A stretch of DNA of 64,000 nt, from the NCBI GenBank assembly GCA_964486045.1, contig CAZALK010000001.1, positions 328,242 through 392,241 on the forward strand, written 5' to 3'. The notes under the pieces are model-generated. The model did not search any database, had not been told where the DNA came from, and saw nothing but the letters and a program-made list of their open reading frames with translations. Shown piece after piece: positions 9,434 through 20,828 of this stretch (the first letter of the stretch is position 1; each line of letters begins with the position of its first letter). The position numbers and the translations under genes are program-made. Source of the stretch: an uncultured archaeon. Its GTDB lineage: Archaea > Asgardarchaeota > Lokiarchaeia > Sigyniarchaeales > SOKP01.

Positions 9434-10714
9434 TTACAATGTTTTTTTTATTTTTTTCTCATATGATTCTGCCATATGGGGAAGTAAAAGATACACTGCA
9501 GCTAAATATAGAGGAATCAATGATAATTCAACAAATATTGATATGATGAAGGGAAATTTAGGACTAATTACATCCCATACTATACCTCCTAAAATTGGGC
9601 CTATTACGCTTCCTAAAAACGCAAAAAAATCACCCACTCCGAATATCTTCCCTCTATGCTCAGTAGAGATTCTACTTACTAGGTTAGCGAATATTAATCC
9701 TGCAGACATTCCAATTGCTAAATCAAATAGTAGAAAAATCGAAAAAATCCATATATTAGCTGAATTAATTAAAAACCAAGTCATTAACGCTCCTAGCGAA
9801 CTAGTTATTGATATCCCTACTAAAGGAGGAAGTTTATCTACTAAAATACCCAATTTTGGAGCTAAAAGAGTCGCCAATAATCCTGCTGGAAGGTATGCCC
9901 AAACCACTAAGTTGATGTTGCTCTCAATATTTTCAATTATATAGACGTTTAAGAAAGGTCGTGCAATTGATCCATTAATGCTTCCCATGAAGAGGATGGA
10001 CATTAAAAAAAAAGCACCGATAATCATAGATTTAGAAGTAAAAAATTTGGTTTTTGTTTGGTGATTTTCTGAGTTGCCAGTACTGAATGGTGAGAATTTA
10101 ATTGACTCATCTACTTTACGATAGAACATGATACCTGCAAACATGTTTGAAATCCCATATACTGGAATTGCACCATATAATATAACTGGATTATTTGTAT
10201 AAAAACTCGTAATCATAATAAGTGTAAAACCAAACGTAGCTCCAATCATTTGGCCTATTGCATTTATAGAGTCTTTTTTTCCATACGCCTGAGAACGATG
10301 ATCTTTACTTGATTTTTCTGCTACTAAAATGTTAAATGGTATCCAAAATACACCAGCCATGAAACCTAAAGTGGCGTGTCCTACACTTAAGAGAAAAATC
10401 TGATTAGAAATAAAAGCAGCATATATTATGAAATATGCAATCGCTCTTCCAAAAGATCCAATTAAAACGAGTGAAGTTCTTGATTTAATACGATCAACTA
10501 TAAAGCCTGTGATAAAACCGCTAATCATACGCCCTATAACATGAGATACTACTACTAAGCTTATTTGCAAAGCAGATGCACCCATATTCGATCGGGCAAT
10601 AATTGGAATCCAAAAACCAAGAAAAAAAAACCCAAGCGAGTTCATTATAATAATCCTTAGCATCTGATTGTAATCGTGGGTAAAACGATTCTCATCTACT
10701 TTAAAGAATTTCAT
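9434..10714 (-). CDS. MFS transporter
   Basis: About 12 hydrophobic segments; GFIVDRIKSR and GILVDKL motif-A-like loops; HRGKIFG. Confidence 0.85.
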   Translation of the reverse strand: MKFFKVDENRFTHDYNQMLRIIIMNSLGFFFLGFWIPIIARSNMGASALQISLVVVSHVIGRMISGFITGFIVDRIKSRTSLVLIGSFGRAIAYFIIYAAFISNQIFLLSVGHATLGFMAGVFWIPFNILVAEKSSKDHRSQAYGKKDSINAIGQMIGATFGFTLIMITSFYTNNPVILYGAIPVYGISNMFAGIMFYRKVDESIKFSPFSTGNSENHQTKTKFFTSKSMIIGAFFLMSILFMGSINGSIARPFLNVYIIENIESNINLVVWAYLPAGLLATLLAPKLGILVDKLPPLVGISITSSLGALMTWFLINSANIWIFSIFLLFDLAIGMSAGLIFANLVSRISTEHRGKIFGVGDFFAFLGSVIGPILGGIVWDVISPKFPFIISIFVELSLIPLYLAAVYLLLPHMAESYEKKIKKTL

Positions 10715-11013
10715 TGTATCTTGGAAAACAAGTTCTATTGATTTCTTAAATTATAAATAACTTAAAGGGTTTCACATTCGATGAAATTTACTTTTTTGTA
10801 ATGGAAATAAGAATTAATAAACTGAAAAACCTTAAAATTAAATTTCTAACATTTTACATGGTTATAACCTAAGGAAAAATAATAAAAAAAGGGATTTGAA
10901 AATTTTTTATGGAAAAGTTCAATAAATAAAAAAAAAGGTCGATATTTATCATTCCATTATTTCGAGGAATAAGAAGGAGATAAAACATTCTACAACTTTT
11001 TAATGTCTAATCT

Positions 11014-12000
11014 TTATATGGCAAAGATATTTCCAGTGTTATATATGGTTTCCTCTAGATCAAGATTAATCTGGCCCCCAGAAGCAGTTTCTACAGCAAA
11101 ATTAATTCCTTCTAAAACTCTTTTCATCATAAATTCTTGTGCTCTGAAACAATCTTCGAGTTGGTTTTGATTCTCTTTCGCATAACATCGTGATATTGAA
11201 GGAACCAGTTCAGGAATAAAATCCTGACTTATCATAATCTCCTCAGCATCTATCATCGTTTCTTTTCCAATTGTGAAAGGATTATATACATCCATTTTGG
11301 CAAACATAATCTTACAAACAAAAAGAGACGCTTTAATTTCTTTCATAATAAACTTAATTCTATTTTTATCATCTAAAAACTTTTTAAACGTTATAGCGTT
11401 AATAATATCTTCATTGGTAATGGTATTTGAAGTATCCATTAGTTCACTTACTCTATCTGACATCCTTTTTGAAGATAACATCAACTTAAGGTTCATTTTA
11501 TTCTTTTTATAATAATACCTATAGAAGGCGGAAAGAAATGAGTGTGCTCTAAGAACTTCTTGATCTTCAGAGAGATCTAAATTATATTTGTTCTCTTTAA
11601 ACTTATCCATAAAATGTTTAATAATCAGAAATTTTAATTTTAATCGATGTAAGGCAAAGAATAAGCACAACCTAGTTTTAGCATATGCGTCAACATTTCC
11701 CATTCTAACCCTATCATGATGATCTCGCTCGTACATTACGATAGGTCTTAACTTACTTACAATAACTTCAGTAAAATATTCAATAATTCTCTCAAGGGGC
11801 TCACAATCTATTACTCGAAATTTTTCTATTAAACTTTGACTTGGCGGTTGGGTTTGTGGGAGCTCCTTAATTTCATCATAGTTGTAATACTCAAGAAATA
11901 ATGAAGTTAATGCCTCCATTTCTAAAACAGTCCGACAAGGAATAAAAACTTTATTTAAGTCATATAGGATTGTGCTACTTTCTGGCATATTAAAAGGCAC
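11014..12000 (-). CDS. Hypothetical protein
   Basis: 328-aa ORF with normal coding composition and no motif I recognise. Confidence 0.7.
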   Translation of the reverse strand: MPFNMPESSTILYDLNKVFIPCRTVLEMEALTSLFLEYYNYDEIKELPQTQPPSQSLIEKFRVIDCEPLERIIEYFTEVIVSKLRPIVMYERDHHDRVRMGNVDAYAKTRLCLFFALHRLKLKFLIIKHFMDKFKENKYNLDLSEDQEVLRAHSFLSAFYRYYYKKNKMNLKLMLSSKRMSDRVSELMDTSNTITNEDIINAITFKKFLDDKNRIKFIMKEIKASLFVCKIMFAKMDVYNPFTIGKETMIDAEEIMISQDFIPELVPSISRCYAKENQNQLEDCFRAQEFMMKRVLEGINFAVETASGGQINLDLEETIYNTGNIFAI

Positions 12001-12519
12001 TGTTGATCTTAAATTTAAGTTGATTAATCAATAACCTTCTCTTTAACAAATATACTCTAGACTTTCAACAAGATAAGTTTTATGATTGAATATTCAAAGT
12101 TGATATATTATTCTAAAATTGTTCCTCTTTTGAACAGCTCTCAATTATTCTTCTCTAATAATAAGATGAAAAGATTCATTCCGAGTAAACATCATTACAT
12201 TCAAGTAAGAAAATAGGATTGAGTCTTTTTGACCTTGAAAAAAGTGGTTTTATTGCCTTTGTCGGAGCAATCATTTCTGCAAAAAATCTTAGGGCAAACA
12301 ATATTATTGTCAATTTTACCGGAAGATATCCAGACCCTAAATTAACAATTCCAAACACTGCTACTCCAAATGTACTTTACAATCCTGAAAGCAATATTAA
12401 GGAACTATTAAGAACCCTTCTACTAGATTAATTATTGTTTACCAATTTAGAAGATTCCGCAACTATAGATTGTTTTAGAAATTAGTTTTATGAGAAATTA
12501 AACTTAATTTTTTTAAATC

Positions 12520-14289
12520 TTATAGGCGTATATCACCAGTGCCTATTGCTTGGTAATTTTCTGCTGTCAATTTATTCAAGCATTTAGTTTTTGAATCCCA
12601 GATATATAAAGGGTCAGGGATTTGATTTGGATTGTAACCCTCTTTCCTAAGATTTACCCTCCTTAATTTAAAAGTACCAGTGGTTTCAAGATCCTTACGA
12701 ATTCTAATAAATACGGGGATTGCATATCGTGGAAGTGAATTATTCAAGAATTTTGAGAACTTTTTTATGTCAAAATTTTCAGAATTATTGAGAGTTATGG
12801 CAGCCATACCCCCTTTACCATCCGAAAGAGGGATTTTCACACCATATACTACGCTAGAGCGGATGCCAGGAAATGATAAAATAATTGATTCAACTTCAGA
12901 AGTTGATACATTTTCTCCTTTCCATCTAAAAGTATCTCCTGATCTTTCAACAAAAGAGACCCATCTATCTTCATGAAGCTTAAGTAAATCCCCGGTGATA
13001 AAAAAAATATCTCCTTGTTGGATTACATCACGAATCAATTTTTTCTCTGTAGCTTCCTTGCTTTTATAACCCGTGAAATCACCCTTTGGAGTCACTTGTA
13101 CAAGAACCATCCCAATTTCTCCTGGTTTGCATAAGATGCAACGATTATCTTTATCTTTAAGTATCTCGTTGGTATCTCTATCAACTTTAACCATATAAAC
13201 TCCAGGAAATACATTTCTGCCAACCAAACCTGGTTTACCAGAAACATTGACAAATCCTCCTATCTCAGTTGCACCGAAATACTCAACAATGTGCGGAACA
13301 TTAAAGCGAGAACTGAATTGCTCCCACACATTCTTTTTTAAACCAAGACCGACCATTTTTCTTAGTGGGGAATCAATTTCGAATTCGGATTCGGGGCGGT
13401 TAAGAAGATACCTTGGAATCTCTCCAATATATAATGTACACGTGGCTTTGTAGTATTTAATATCCTTCCAATATTCAGATGCAGAAAACCGTTTTCGAAG
13501 AGCCATAGAAGCACCCCTCCATATTACAGCCCCCCAACCGACATTTAGGCCTAATCCATGGTATAAAGGTAAGGGAACATAAATAATGTCATTAACTTCG
13601 AGTTTAAGAGCTGTATCTCCGAATATCCCACCACGTAGGAATTTAAAATTACTTAAAGTGACGGCTTTAGGTAAACCCGTAGTCCCACTGGTGAAAATGT
13701 TGAAGACAATTTCTCTTGAGTTTGAATTTGAAGTGGAATTAGGGTTTTCAATTGAAGTATGTTCTGATTCATTATTTAACTCCCTAAAACCATGTTTAGT
13801 ATTTTTTATTTCACCACTAACAAAAATTCTGTCATTATTAACAGGCAATTCATTTTTTAATTCTAATAAATAGGGGAGGCAATCTCCATCAACAATTATC
13901 CATTCAGGAGTACTGATATTAAGAGCGTGAATTAAAGCTTGTTTTCTTTGGTGAACGTTAATTAAAGCATTAATACCCTGAACTTTATTTACTCCACCAG
14001 TTATAAATAGGTATTCTGGGCAATTTTCCATCATTATTGAAACGGTATCTCCGCTTTTAAGACCTAAATTCTTAAAAAAATTGGCATATCTATTACACTC
14101 CCTATTTATGGAATCCCAATTCCAGCTAATTTGAAGGAAATGGAGTCCTATTTTATCTGGTCTGTTAAAAGCTTGTTTTTCTATCTGCGTACCTATGCTT
14201 TGATTAGAGAATTCTTTAAGTTTATTTTCCTCACTTGTAACACGATCGACGTAGTCTATTTCCTCGGGGGTGAGTTCAAATTCCATCAT
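12520..14289 (-). CDS. Long-chain acyl-CoA synthetase, FATP/FadD6-like
   Basis: IFTSGTTGLPKA AMP-binding motif, YIGEIPRYLL, TGDLL, RSGDTFRWKGENVSTSEVE (FATP-type motif), TGTFK. Confidence 0.9.
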   Translation of the reverse strand: MMEFELTPEEIDYVDRVTSEENKLKEFSNQSIGTQIEKQAFNRPDKIGLHFLQISWNWDSINRECNRYANFFKNLGLKSGDTVSIMMENCPEYLFITGGVNKVQGINALINVHQRKQALIHALNISTPEWIIVDGDCLPYLLELKNELPVNNDRIFVSGEIKNTKHGFRELNNESEHTSIENPNSTSNSNSREIVFNIFTSGTTGLPKAVTLSNFKFLRGGIFGDTALKLEVNDIIYVPLPLYHGLGLNVGWGAVIWRGASMALRKRFSASEYWKDIKYYKATCTLYIGEIPRYLLNRPESEFEIDSPLRKMVGLGLKKNVWEQFSSRFNVPHIVEYFGATEIGGFVNVSGKPGLVGRNVFPGVYMVKVDRDTNEILKDKDNRCILCKPGEIGMVLVQVTPKGDFTGYKSKEATEKKLIRDVIQQGDIFFITGDLLKLHEDRWVSFVERSGDTFRWKGENVSTSEVESIILSFPGIRSSVVYGVKIPLSDGKGGMAAITLNNSENFDIKKFSKFLNNSLPRYAIPVFIRIRKDLETTGTFKLRRVNLRKEGYNPNQIPDPLYIWDSKTKCLNKLTAENYQAIGTGDIRL

Positions 14290-14543
14290 ATTTTTGAAAA
14301 ATTTCTTTTAATCTCAATAAAATTATCTTGTTATTATTAGTTTTTCGATATAATTTTTCAAAAAATAGAGTGATAATCTTAATTTGAAAGTTTAATTCAG
14401 AAATAAGTCATCAATCAAATTCACAAGAGCAATACTGTCCTTAGTTTCAAGAATTTGACTCGTTCTATTAAATGTTACGTAAATTGATCGATCACCTCTT
14501 AAATACTAAATTTATAATAGATAAATATATTATTTCATCCTAT

Positions 14544-15359
14544 ATGAAAAATAATAGAACTGTTAAAGAATATGCTGAATTGCAGTATAAAACGCATCAA
14601 AACTTGACTGACCGGATTAATTTATGGTCATACGGATCAAATCCTGAATCCCTACACAAATGGATTTTTTCTAAAATTCAACTTCGAGACTATGAACGGG
14701 TATTGGAGCTTGGTTGTGGAACAGGACAACTATGGACTGAGAATTTTAGAAATGTCCCCGCAACTTGTTCAATTATTTTATCAGATTTTTCAAAAAAAAT
14801 GTTGAGAAAAACCAGAGAAAACGTAAAACCACTCAATCTCCCCATAAAATTTGAAATTGTCAATGCAGAAAAAATTCCCTATTCAAATCAGATTTTTGAT
14901 GTGGTTATAGGATGTCACATGTTATATCACATTCCAAATATCCAAAAAGCGCTTATAGAAATAAATCGAATTTTGAAACCTGGTGGTCGATTTATTTCAA
15001 CGACAATTAGTCGATACCATATTCAGGAATTAAAAGATTTTCTTTCTGAATTTGACCTATATCCAAAAGAGATGAGGAATCTATTCAGTGAATTCAGAAA
15101 TGAGACTGGGAGAGAAATCCTAAAATCCTTTTTTGCAGAAATTAAGTTATATGAATATATTAATCATGTGAATATTACATCAGTTGAACCATTAATGAGA
15201 TACATTGAAAGCATGTTCCCAAAGGAATCTTATCCTAACATTCAAGAAAAAAAACATCAAGTTGAGGAAGCTATTGAAATAATTCTTGAAAAAAGAGGTA
15301 TATTCAAAATTAAAGGTATAAGTGGATTGTTTGAGGCAAAAAAACCAATAAAAACATAA
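14544..15359 (+). CDS. Class I SAM-dependent methyltransferase
   Basis: VLELGCGTG, SDFS, FDVV, HMLYH, RILKPGG. ORF track starts at 14472. Confidence 0.88.
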   Translation: MKNNRTVKEYAELQYKTHQNLTDRINLWSYGSNPESLHKWIFSKIQLRDYERVLELGCGTGQLWTENFRNVPATCSIILSDFSKKMLRKTRENVKPLNLPIKFEIVNAEKIPYSNQIFDVVIGCHMLYHIPNIQKALIEINRILKPGGRFISTTISRYHIQELKDFLSEFDLYPKEMRNLFSEFRNETGREILKSFFAEIKLYEYINHVNITSVEPLMRYIESMFPKESYPNIQEKKHQVEEAIEIILEKRGIFKIKGISGLFEAKKPIKT

Positions 15360-15660
15360 CTTTAACCAAATAACAAGATTCTAAACTCATTATTAGTACC
15401 TTATTTTAGTGGAGTAATTAGAAAAAAAATTAATCTCAAGCTCTTTAAAAAACAAAGGTGTTAAAAATTAGTTAACATTCTCAGATCTTTTCTTTTATAT
15501 ACTCAACATTTTACTTGGGTAAATGACGTACTCTTATAACCCTAGATCTTGACGAAGTAAAAGATAAGTAAAAAAATTTTGAAAGTGAAGAGGATTCTGA
15601 TATTTCACCTTTAATCGTATAAAAGGGAATCATTAAACCCTTCAAAAAATTCGAGTTTTA

Positions 15661-15951
15661 TTAATTCGGAGGTGAAAGAACGATCTCCATTGAGCTTACA
15701 TTATTTTCACGACCATCCTCACTCTTAAGTTGCTCCGTAGAAATGCGAATCTCTTTATATTCCACTCCTTTCAAAAAGCGGTTTTTTAAAATCTCGCAAA
15801 TATCGACGGCGTGAGAAATAGCTCTGCCGCGAGCCTTTACTATACAATCTTCTCCTTTATTAATGACCATCATCACTGCCATTACATAATTCATCGTAGG
15901 ACGACGCCCAACGAAGACTGCGTTCTCTTGACCTGTCTCTTTTTTTCCCAT
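15661..15951 (-). CDS. albA: DNA/RNA-binding protein Alba
   Basis: VFVGRRPTMNYV, VKARGRAISHAVD, VSSMEIVL. Confidence 0.93.
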   Translation of the reverse strand: MGKKETGQENAVFVGRRPTMNYVMAVMMVINKGEDCIVKARGRAISHAVDICEILKNRFLKGVEYKEIRISTEQLKSEDGRENNVSSMEIVLSPPN

Positions 15952-16779
15952 TTTCTATTTTCTCTGAATTGTTATTTTTTAATTCTCTATGTTGATAGGT
16001 TATTTTATATATTCTGATTTAAATTCTTGTGGATTACATGGCTATTTTTGAATATTTTGGTCCTCACATTATTTACTCAATCTTATAATAACGATATTTC
16101 AATAGAACACCTCAGTTCTTTTCCATACCTTTCGACAAATAACATAGGGCGTGTTATTGATTTTTTGGGCGATGTCTTTCATTGACACTTAGCCACGGGG
16201 TGTGGATCTTTAATTATATTATTTCAAATATTTTCAAACAAAAAAAAATATAACTCAGTTAATATTTCATATTTTCTTTTCATAGTTTAGTGTAGGTATA
16301 CTCGTAGCGGGAATAATAGTGAAATATATTTAGAATATCAAAAGAGTTAATCTTAAACTTTTAATTTTAATTTGATTTTTTAATCTTATTTGATATAATT
16401 ATTTTTATTATAATTTTATCAACTCAACAAAAATCATGCTTCCATTCCAATCTTTTGGGTGGTTTTGTTTAAAATTTATTCGATTTTGGAGATTTAGTCA
16501 CCTGTCTAAGAAGTAAAAAAAACAATAAAAAGAAATAAAATTTTCATTTATTAAAATCTATGAAAGAAAGAGGATTGCTTAAAGCATTATCGGATTCTGG
16601 TTATGTGCCTGAATGAAGAGAAGCAATTAGGATGTATAAGCGATTCAATTATAACATCCAATTATCATTAAAAGATCAAGTTTATTGAAAGGGAAAAAAA
16701 TTTCATTATAGTTCTCTCTCCTATAAAGTTAAATTACTGACTTAACGTATTAATTAATTTGTATTTTTACAAACAATAA

Positions 16780-16833
16780 AAAAAAGGTAGTAAATAAAAA
16801 ACTTGATTATTTTGACCAGTTCGGTGAACTGGT
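16780..16833 (-). terminator. Hairpin plus T-tracts just downstream of the actin gene
   Basis: Perfect 8-bp stem ACCAGTTC-ACC-GAACTGGT (16815-16833), 16 nt after the actin stop, followed on the minus strand by T6 and T8 runs. Confidence 0.55.
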
Positions 16834-16849
16834 ATAGTTAGTTAGCCGG

Positions 16850-17995
16850 TTAGAAGCATCGGTGAATGACTTGAGGACCCATCTCTTTATATTCTCGACG
16901 AGTTACCCACATACGATGGAACGTTTTCAGTGAGCTTAAAATTGAACCGCCGATCCATACTGAGTACATACGCTCTGGTGGGGCAATTATTTTTACGTCA
17001 ACGCTCTCAGGGATTTGCTCTTTTATCTCTTTAGTTAATCGTTCCTTTATACCCGGAAACATAGTGCTCCCGCCCGAGAGAACTATATTGCTATAAAGAT
17101 CTCGACGAAGGTCTACATCACACTCAGAAATGGCGCCTACAATTACGTCATCAAGAGGCTCAAGCTCTTTCCCGATAACACTCGGATTGAAAAAGCATTC
17201 AGGTGCTAAAAATCGCTCTACACCGACATTGATAGTCTCTCCGTCAGGAAGCATATAACTCTTTTCCATTCCAGCAACCTTCTTCGAGAGCATCATCTCC
17301 TTTTCTGGATCAATAGCGACATAACAGAGTTTTTCCTTGATATCCCTCACAATCTCTTTTTCAGCGGAGGTCGTAAAAGAGTATCCTTTTTGCCTGAGAA
17401 GTCTCTGTAAGTATGTTGTAATATCTCGACCAGCAAGATCAATTCTTTGGATTGCATGACTTAAAGCAAATCCTTCGAAGATTGGTACAACGTGAGAAAC
17501 ACCATCACCAATATCTATAACACATCCGGTTGTACGACCAGAAGCATATAATGATAAAACTGCTTGCATTGCTACATAAAGAGCAGGAGTATTAAATGTT
17601 TCGAACATAATTTCAGCCATTTTTTCCCGGTTTGGCCTTGGATTTAAAGGTGCTTCAGTTAAAAGTACTGGATGCTCGCTAGGATCAATACGAAGGTCAG
17701 TGTAAAAGGTATAATGCCAGATTTTCTCCATTGCGGTCCAATCTTCTATGATACCATGTTCAACAGGGAACATTAGTTTCAGAACACCTTTAAGCTGCAT
17801 GGCTTCTTCTCCGATATAATACTCTCTGGTATAGTGTTCGACGTCAGTCATTATAGACTCGTACTTAGGGTAACCAATAAGAGTAGGGAATACAGAACGA
17901 GGTTGATCTTCTCCAGCAAAGCCGTTTTTAGAGATTCCTGTACCGTTATCCACCACAAGGGCTTTGGCGTTTAAAAAGCTTTCTTCTTCTGCCAT
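16850..17995 (-). CDS. Actin (Lokiactin)
   Basis: [93 protein letters not shown]-terminal HRCF. Confidence 0.97.
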   Translation of the reverse strand: MAEEESFLNAKALVVDNGTGISKNGFAGEDQPRSVFPTLIGYPKYESIMTDVEHYTREYYIGEEAMQLKGVLKLMFPVEHGIIEDWTAMEKIWHYTFYTDLRIDPSEHPVLLTEAPLNPRPNREKMAEIMFETFNTPALYVAMQAVLSLYASGRTTGCVIDIGDGVSHVVPIFEGFALSHAIQRIDLAGRDITTYLQRLLRQKGYSFTTSAEKEIVRDIKEKLCYVAIDPEKEMMLSKKVAGMEKSYMLPDGETINVGVERFLAPECFFNPSVIGKELEPLDDVIVGAISECDVDLRRDLYSNIVLSGGSTMFPGIKERLTKEIKEQIPESVDVKIIAPPERMYSVWIGGSILSSLKTFHRMWVTRREYKEMGPQVIHRCF

Positions 17996-18453
17996 ATTTT
18001 ATTATCAGCCTATATTTTTAATTTTAGTTATTTTAAATTATATTTTTTTGGTGTATATTTCAAATTACTTGTGGTAATTTTCACTTTTATATTTTTATCA
18101 AAAAGTTGTTTTTTTGATTGTAAAATACAAAATTTAATAATCTAATAAATTATGTATTTATAAATTTTTTTAAACCAGAAAGAAAAACTACTCGGAAATA
18201 GAGAGATTTATAAATAAAATTTAAAACATCGTAAAGAATTTGATTAGGAAGTAAGCCAATTACAAGCTCCCCTCATTTCTGTCCCGGGAAGATTTTATAA
18301 CAAATGGTGTAAAAACTTGTATTTATTGAGAAGAATTGTTGTAAAAAAGGTTATTTTCGACAATACAGTTCTATGCTAAAACACATTAATGGTCTATCAT
18401 TCATAATTCAGAATAAAAAATGATTTAATAATTTTTATTAATTTGAAGCCGAA

Positions 18454-19896
18454 ATGGAATTAGATCCTGATTTAATTAAAGAAAAATTAGCTGAAATTGG
18501 AAAAAAAGAAGGTTTAATTCTTCTGAGAGAACTTATTGAGAATGCAACAGATCCTTACGTACGGAGGAAGGCATTAGAGAATTATGGAGAACTTGAGGCT
18601 GGGAAGAATTTCACTTTTTTTGAAAATTTATTTTTTTCTGATGAAGATTTCCAAATGAGAATAATTGCTGGAAAGGTTTTGAGCAATCGATACTCAAAGC
18701 ATAAAAAACTAATTCCTCTCTTGGAATATGCTTTAAAGAAGATTAGTAATATTGAACAGAAGATTTTTTCGTTAAGATCTCTAAGTTCCTTAGAAAACAT
18801 TAAAGCTCGTAAAATTATCATCGATTATCTAAAACTCTTTATCAAAAAAAAATTTAAAGGTAAAATTAAGAGGATTCCTGTAGAAATTCTTAAACTTGAC
18901 AATAAAACATGTTTTCCTGAATCGGTTATTGAAATATATATTAATTTAATTCTAAATGATTATTATGTGAGAGTCTGTGGATATTTATCAACTCTACGTA
19001 ATGGTAAAATTATCTCATTAGATTGTGAAAGTTTAGATATTGAGAGTATTGGTGACATCGTTGGAATAGAAAATGTTGTTGATTTAGAACACTTAAATAT
19101 CCAAAGAACAAGGATAAAATATATTAATAATCTTCAATCCTTTAAAAAACTTAAACACTTAAATTTATCGCATAATCTCATTGAAAAAATTGAAAATTTA
19201 CAAAATTTAGTTGGTTTAGAAGAATTAAATTTATCTTACAATAAAATTCGTAAGATTGAGAATTTAGAGAATTTAAAAGAATTAAGGAAAATATCATTAA
19301 ACAACAATTTAATTCTAGAAATTGAAAACCTAAATTTATTATCTAATTTAGAGGAGTTGAATTTAACTCATAATAATATCTCGGAAATTAAGAATTTTGT
19401 AAAGCTAGTAAAACTAAAACGCATAAATCTCTCATCCAATCAAATAAAGGAATTAACGGGATTCAGTTGTTTAAAAAATTTAATGTGGTTATCTATTAAT
19501 AATAACAAAATTTCTCAGATAGAGGGAATTTCGACTCTTTCTAAACTATGGGGTTTATACCTTTCAAACAATTCAATTGAAAAAATTGAAGGTCTTGGTG
19601 GTCAGTGCAATTTAACTAAGTTAGAATTGTCAAACAATAGAATTAGTAGAATGGAAGGTATGCAAAACCTAAAAAAATTACAGGAATTATACTTAGATAA
19701 TAACAATATCTCTAAAATAGAAGGACTGGAAGGTGTAACTAAGTTAATAATGTTACATATCGGTAGAAATAAAATTTCTGAATTTAGAGATAGGCAAATT
19801 AAAAATCAAAATAACTTAAATTTCCTATTTCTTAATGAAAATCCCTTAGATCAGCAAAGTTGGGAGCATTACAAGAAAAGATTTAAATTTCCCTAA
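18454..19896 (+). CDS. Leucine-rich repeat protein (SDS22-like 22-aa repeats) with a helical HEAT-like N-terminus
   Basis: About 12 LxxLxLxxNxIxxIxxL repeats; N-terminal DPYVRRKALE and DEDFQMRIIA motifs. Confidence 0.9.
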   Translation: MELDPDLIKEKLAEIGKKEGLILLRELIENATDPYVRRKALENYGELEAGKNFTFFENLFFSDEDFQMRIIAGKVLSNRYSKHKKLIPLLEYALKKISNIEQKIFSLRSLSSLENIKARKIIIDYLKLFIKKKFKGKIKRIPVEILKLDNKTCFPESVIEIYINLILNDYYVRVCGYLSTLRNGKIISLDCESLDIESIGDIVGIENVVDLEHLNIQRTRIKYINNLQSFKKLKHLNLSHNLIEKIENLQNLVGLEELNLSYNKIRKIENLENLKELRKISLNNNLILEIENLNLLSNLEELNLTHNNISEIKNFVKLVKLKRINLSSNQIKELTGFSCLKNLMWLSINNNKISQIEGISTLSKLWGLYLSNNSIEKIEGLGGQCNLTKLELSNNRISRMEGMQNLKKLQELYLDNNNISKIEGLEGVTKLIMLHIGRNKISEFRDRQIKNQNNLNFLFLNENPLDQQSWEHYKKRFKFP

Positions 19897-19989
19897 ATCT
19901 AAAGCAGAAAGGTTTTAACTGAGCAGTAAACGATTAATTTTTAATATTTTTAAGATAATAATTATCTATAAAGGTTCAATGTGAATTTG

Positions 19990-20820
19990 ATGACCCAAGA
20001 AGAAAATTCCACTATTTTTCAACCACGATTGATAAAGGAAGATGATCTTTATGGGAAGGCAGGATACATTTTAAATCTGATTAAACCAAATGTTTATCAA
20101 TTCTATTCAAACGGTCCAGGATCCCATGTATATCTCATTATAGGAGAGGATCTAAATGTGCTAATTGATACGGGCATAATTACTAAATTTAATAGCTTAA
20201 ATTATCTTCTCACAACAGAAATAGGTCTAAAAATAGAGGATATTAATCTAGTGATTAATACTCATGCACACTTCGATCATATTAGCGCTAATGCTTATTT
20301 TAGATGTCCTATTGCTGCACATAGATGGGCAGCAACAAAAATACAGCATACTGATGAACTGATTACAAAAGGAAAAAAATGGGGGATTGATTTAACTAAT
20401 TTAAAGATAAATATCTGGCTTGAAGATAGAAATGTTATAGATATTGGCAACGTAATTTTGAAAATAATAGAAACACCAGGTCATACATCAGGTTGTATTT
20501 GTATATATGAACCCTTTCATCAATACATCTTTACAGGTGATACATTATTTCGAGGTGCGACAACAAATATTTACGAATCGGGATCGATTTCTGAACATAT
20601 TAACTCTTTACAAATATTAAATACTCTAAGAATTAACAGCTTTTTTCCGAGCCACGGAAAGTATATACTTGGAGAGGAAAATGTAAAGAAAGAAATAGAT
20701 TCTTCAATTGAAAATGCTGAGATGGAGCTAAAGGCATTTATTTATCGGCTTAAAAGCAAACCTATCGAAGGCTTGAAACCTCCTCCATCATTATACAAGA
20801 GAGAAGAAGAGGATTTATAA
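19990..20820 (+). CDS. MBL-fold metallo-hydrolase
   Basis: LIDTG, THAHFDH, TPGHT, FTGD, PSHG. ORF track starts at 19981. Confidence 0.9.
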   Translation: MTQEENSTIFQPRLIKEDDLYGKAGYILNLIKPNVYQFYSNGPGSHVYLIIGEDLNVLIDTGIITKFNSLNYLLTTEIGLKIEDINLVINTHAHFDHISANAYFRCPIAAHRWAATKIQHTDELITKGKKWGIDLTNLKINIWLEDRNVIDIGNVILKIIETPGHTSGCICIYEPFHQYIFTGDTLFRGATTNIYESGSISEHINSLQILNTLRINSFFPSHGKYILGEENVKKEIDSSIENAEMELKAFIYRLKSKPIEGLKPPPSLYKREEEDL

Positions 20821-20828
20821 TTTTGGGT

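Noticed and set aside
12176-12431. Overlapping 60-aa and 70-aa ORFs on opposite strands
   Set aside because: Neither has a recognisable motif or convincing start. It may be a gene remnant, but I cannot assign strand or family.
16610-16650. Eukaryote-like SECIS (AUGA...GA) motif
   Set aside because: The helix between the putative GA quartet halves does not pair, and no adjacent gene has an in-frame TGA.
19080-19850. 66-nt periodicity as a CRISPR array or tandem DNA repeat
   Set aside because: Explained by the 22-aa leucine-rich repeats of the encoded protein. No CRISPR array, cas gene, rRNA, transposase or integrase was seen in the window.
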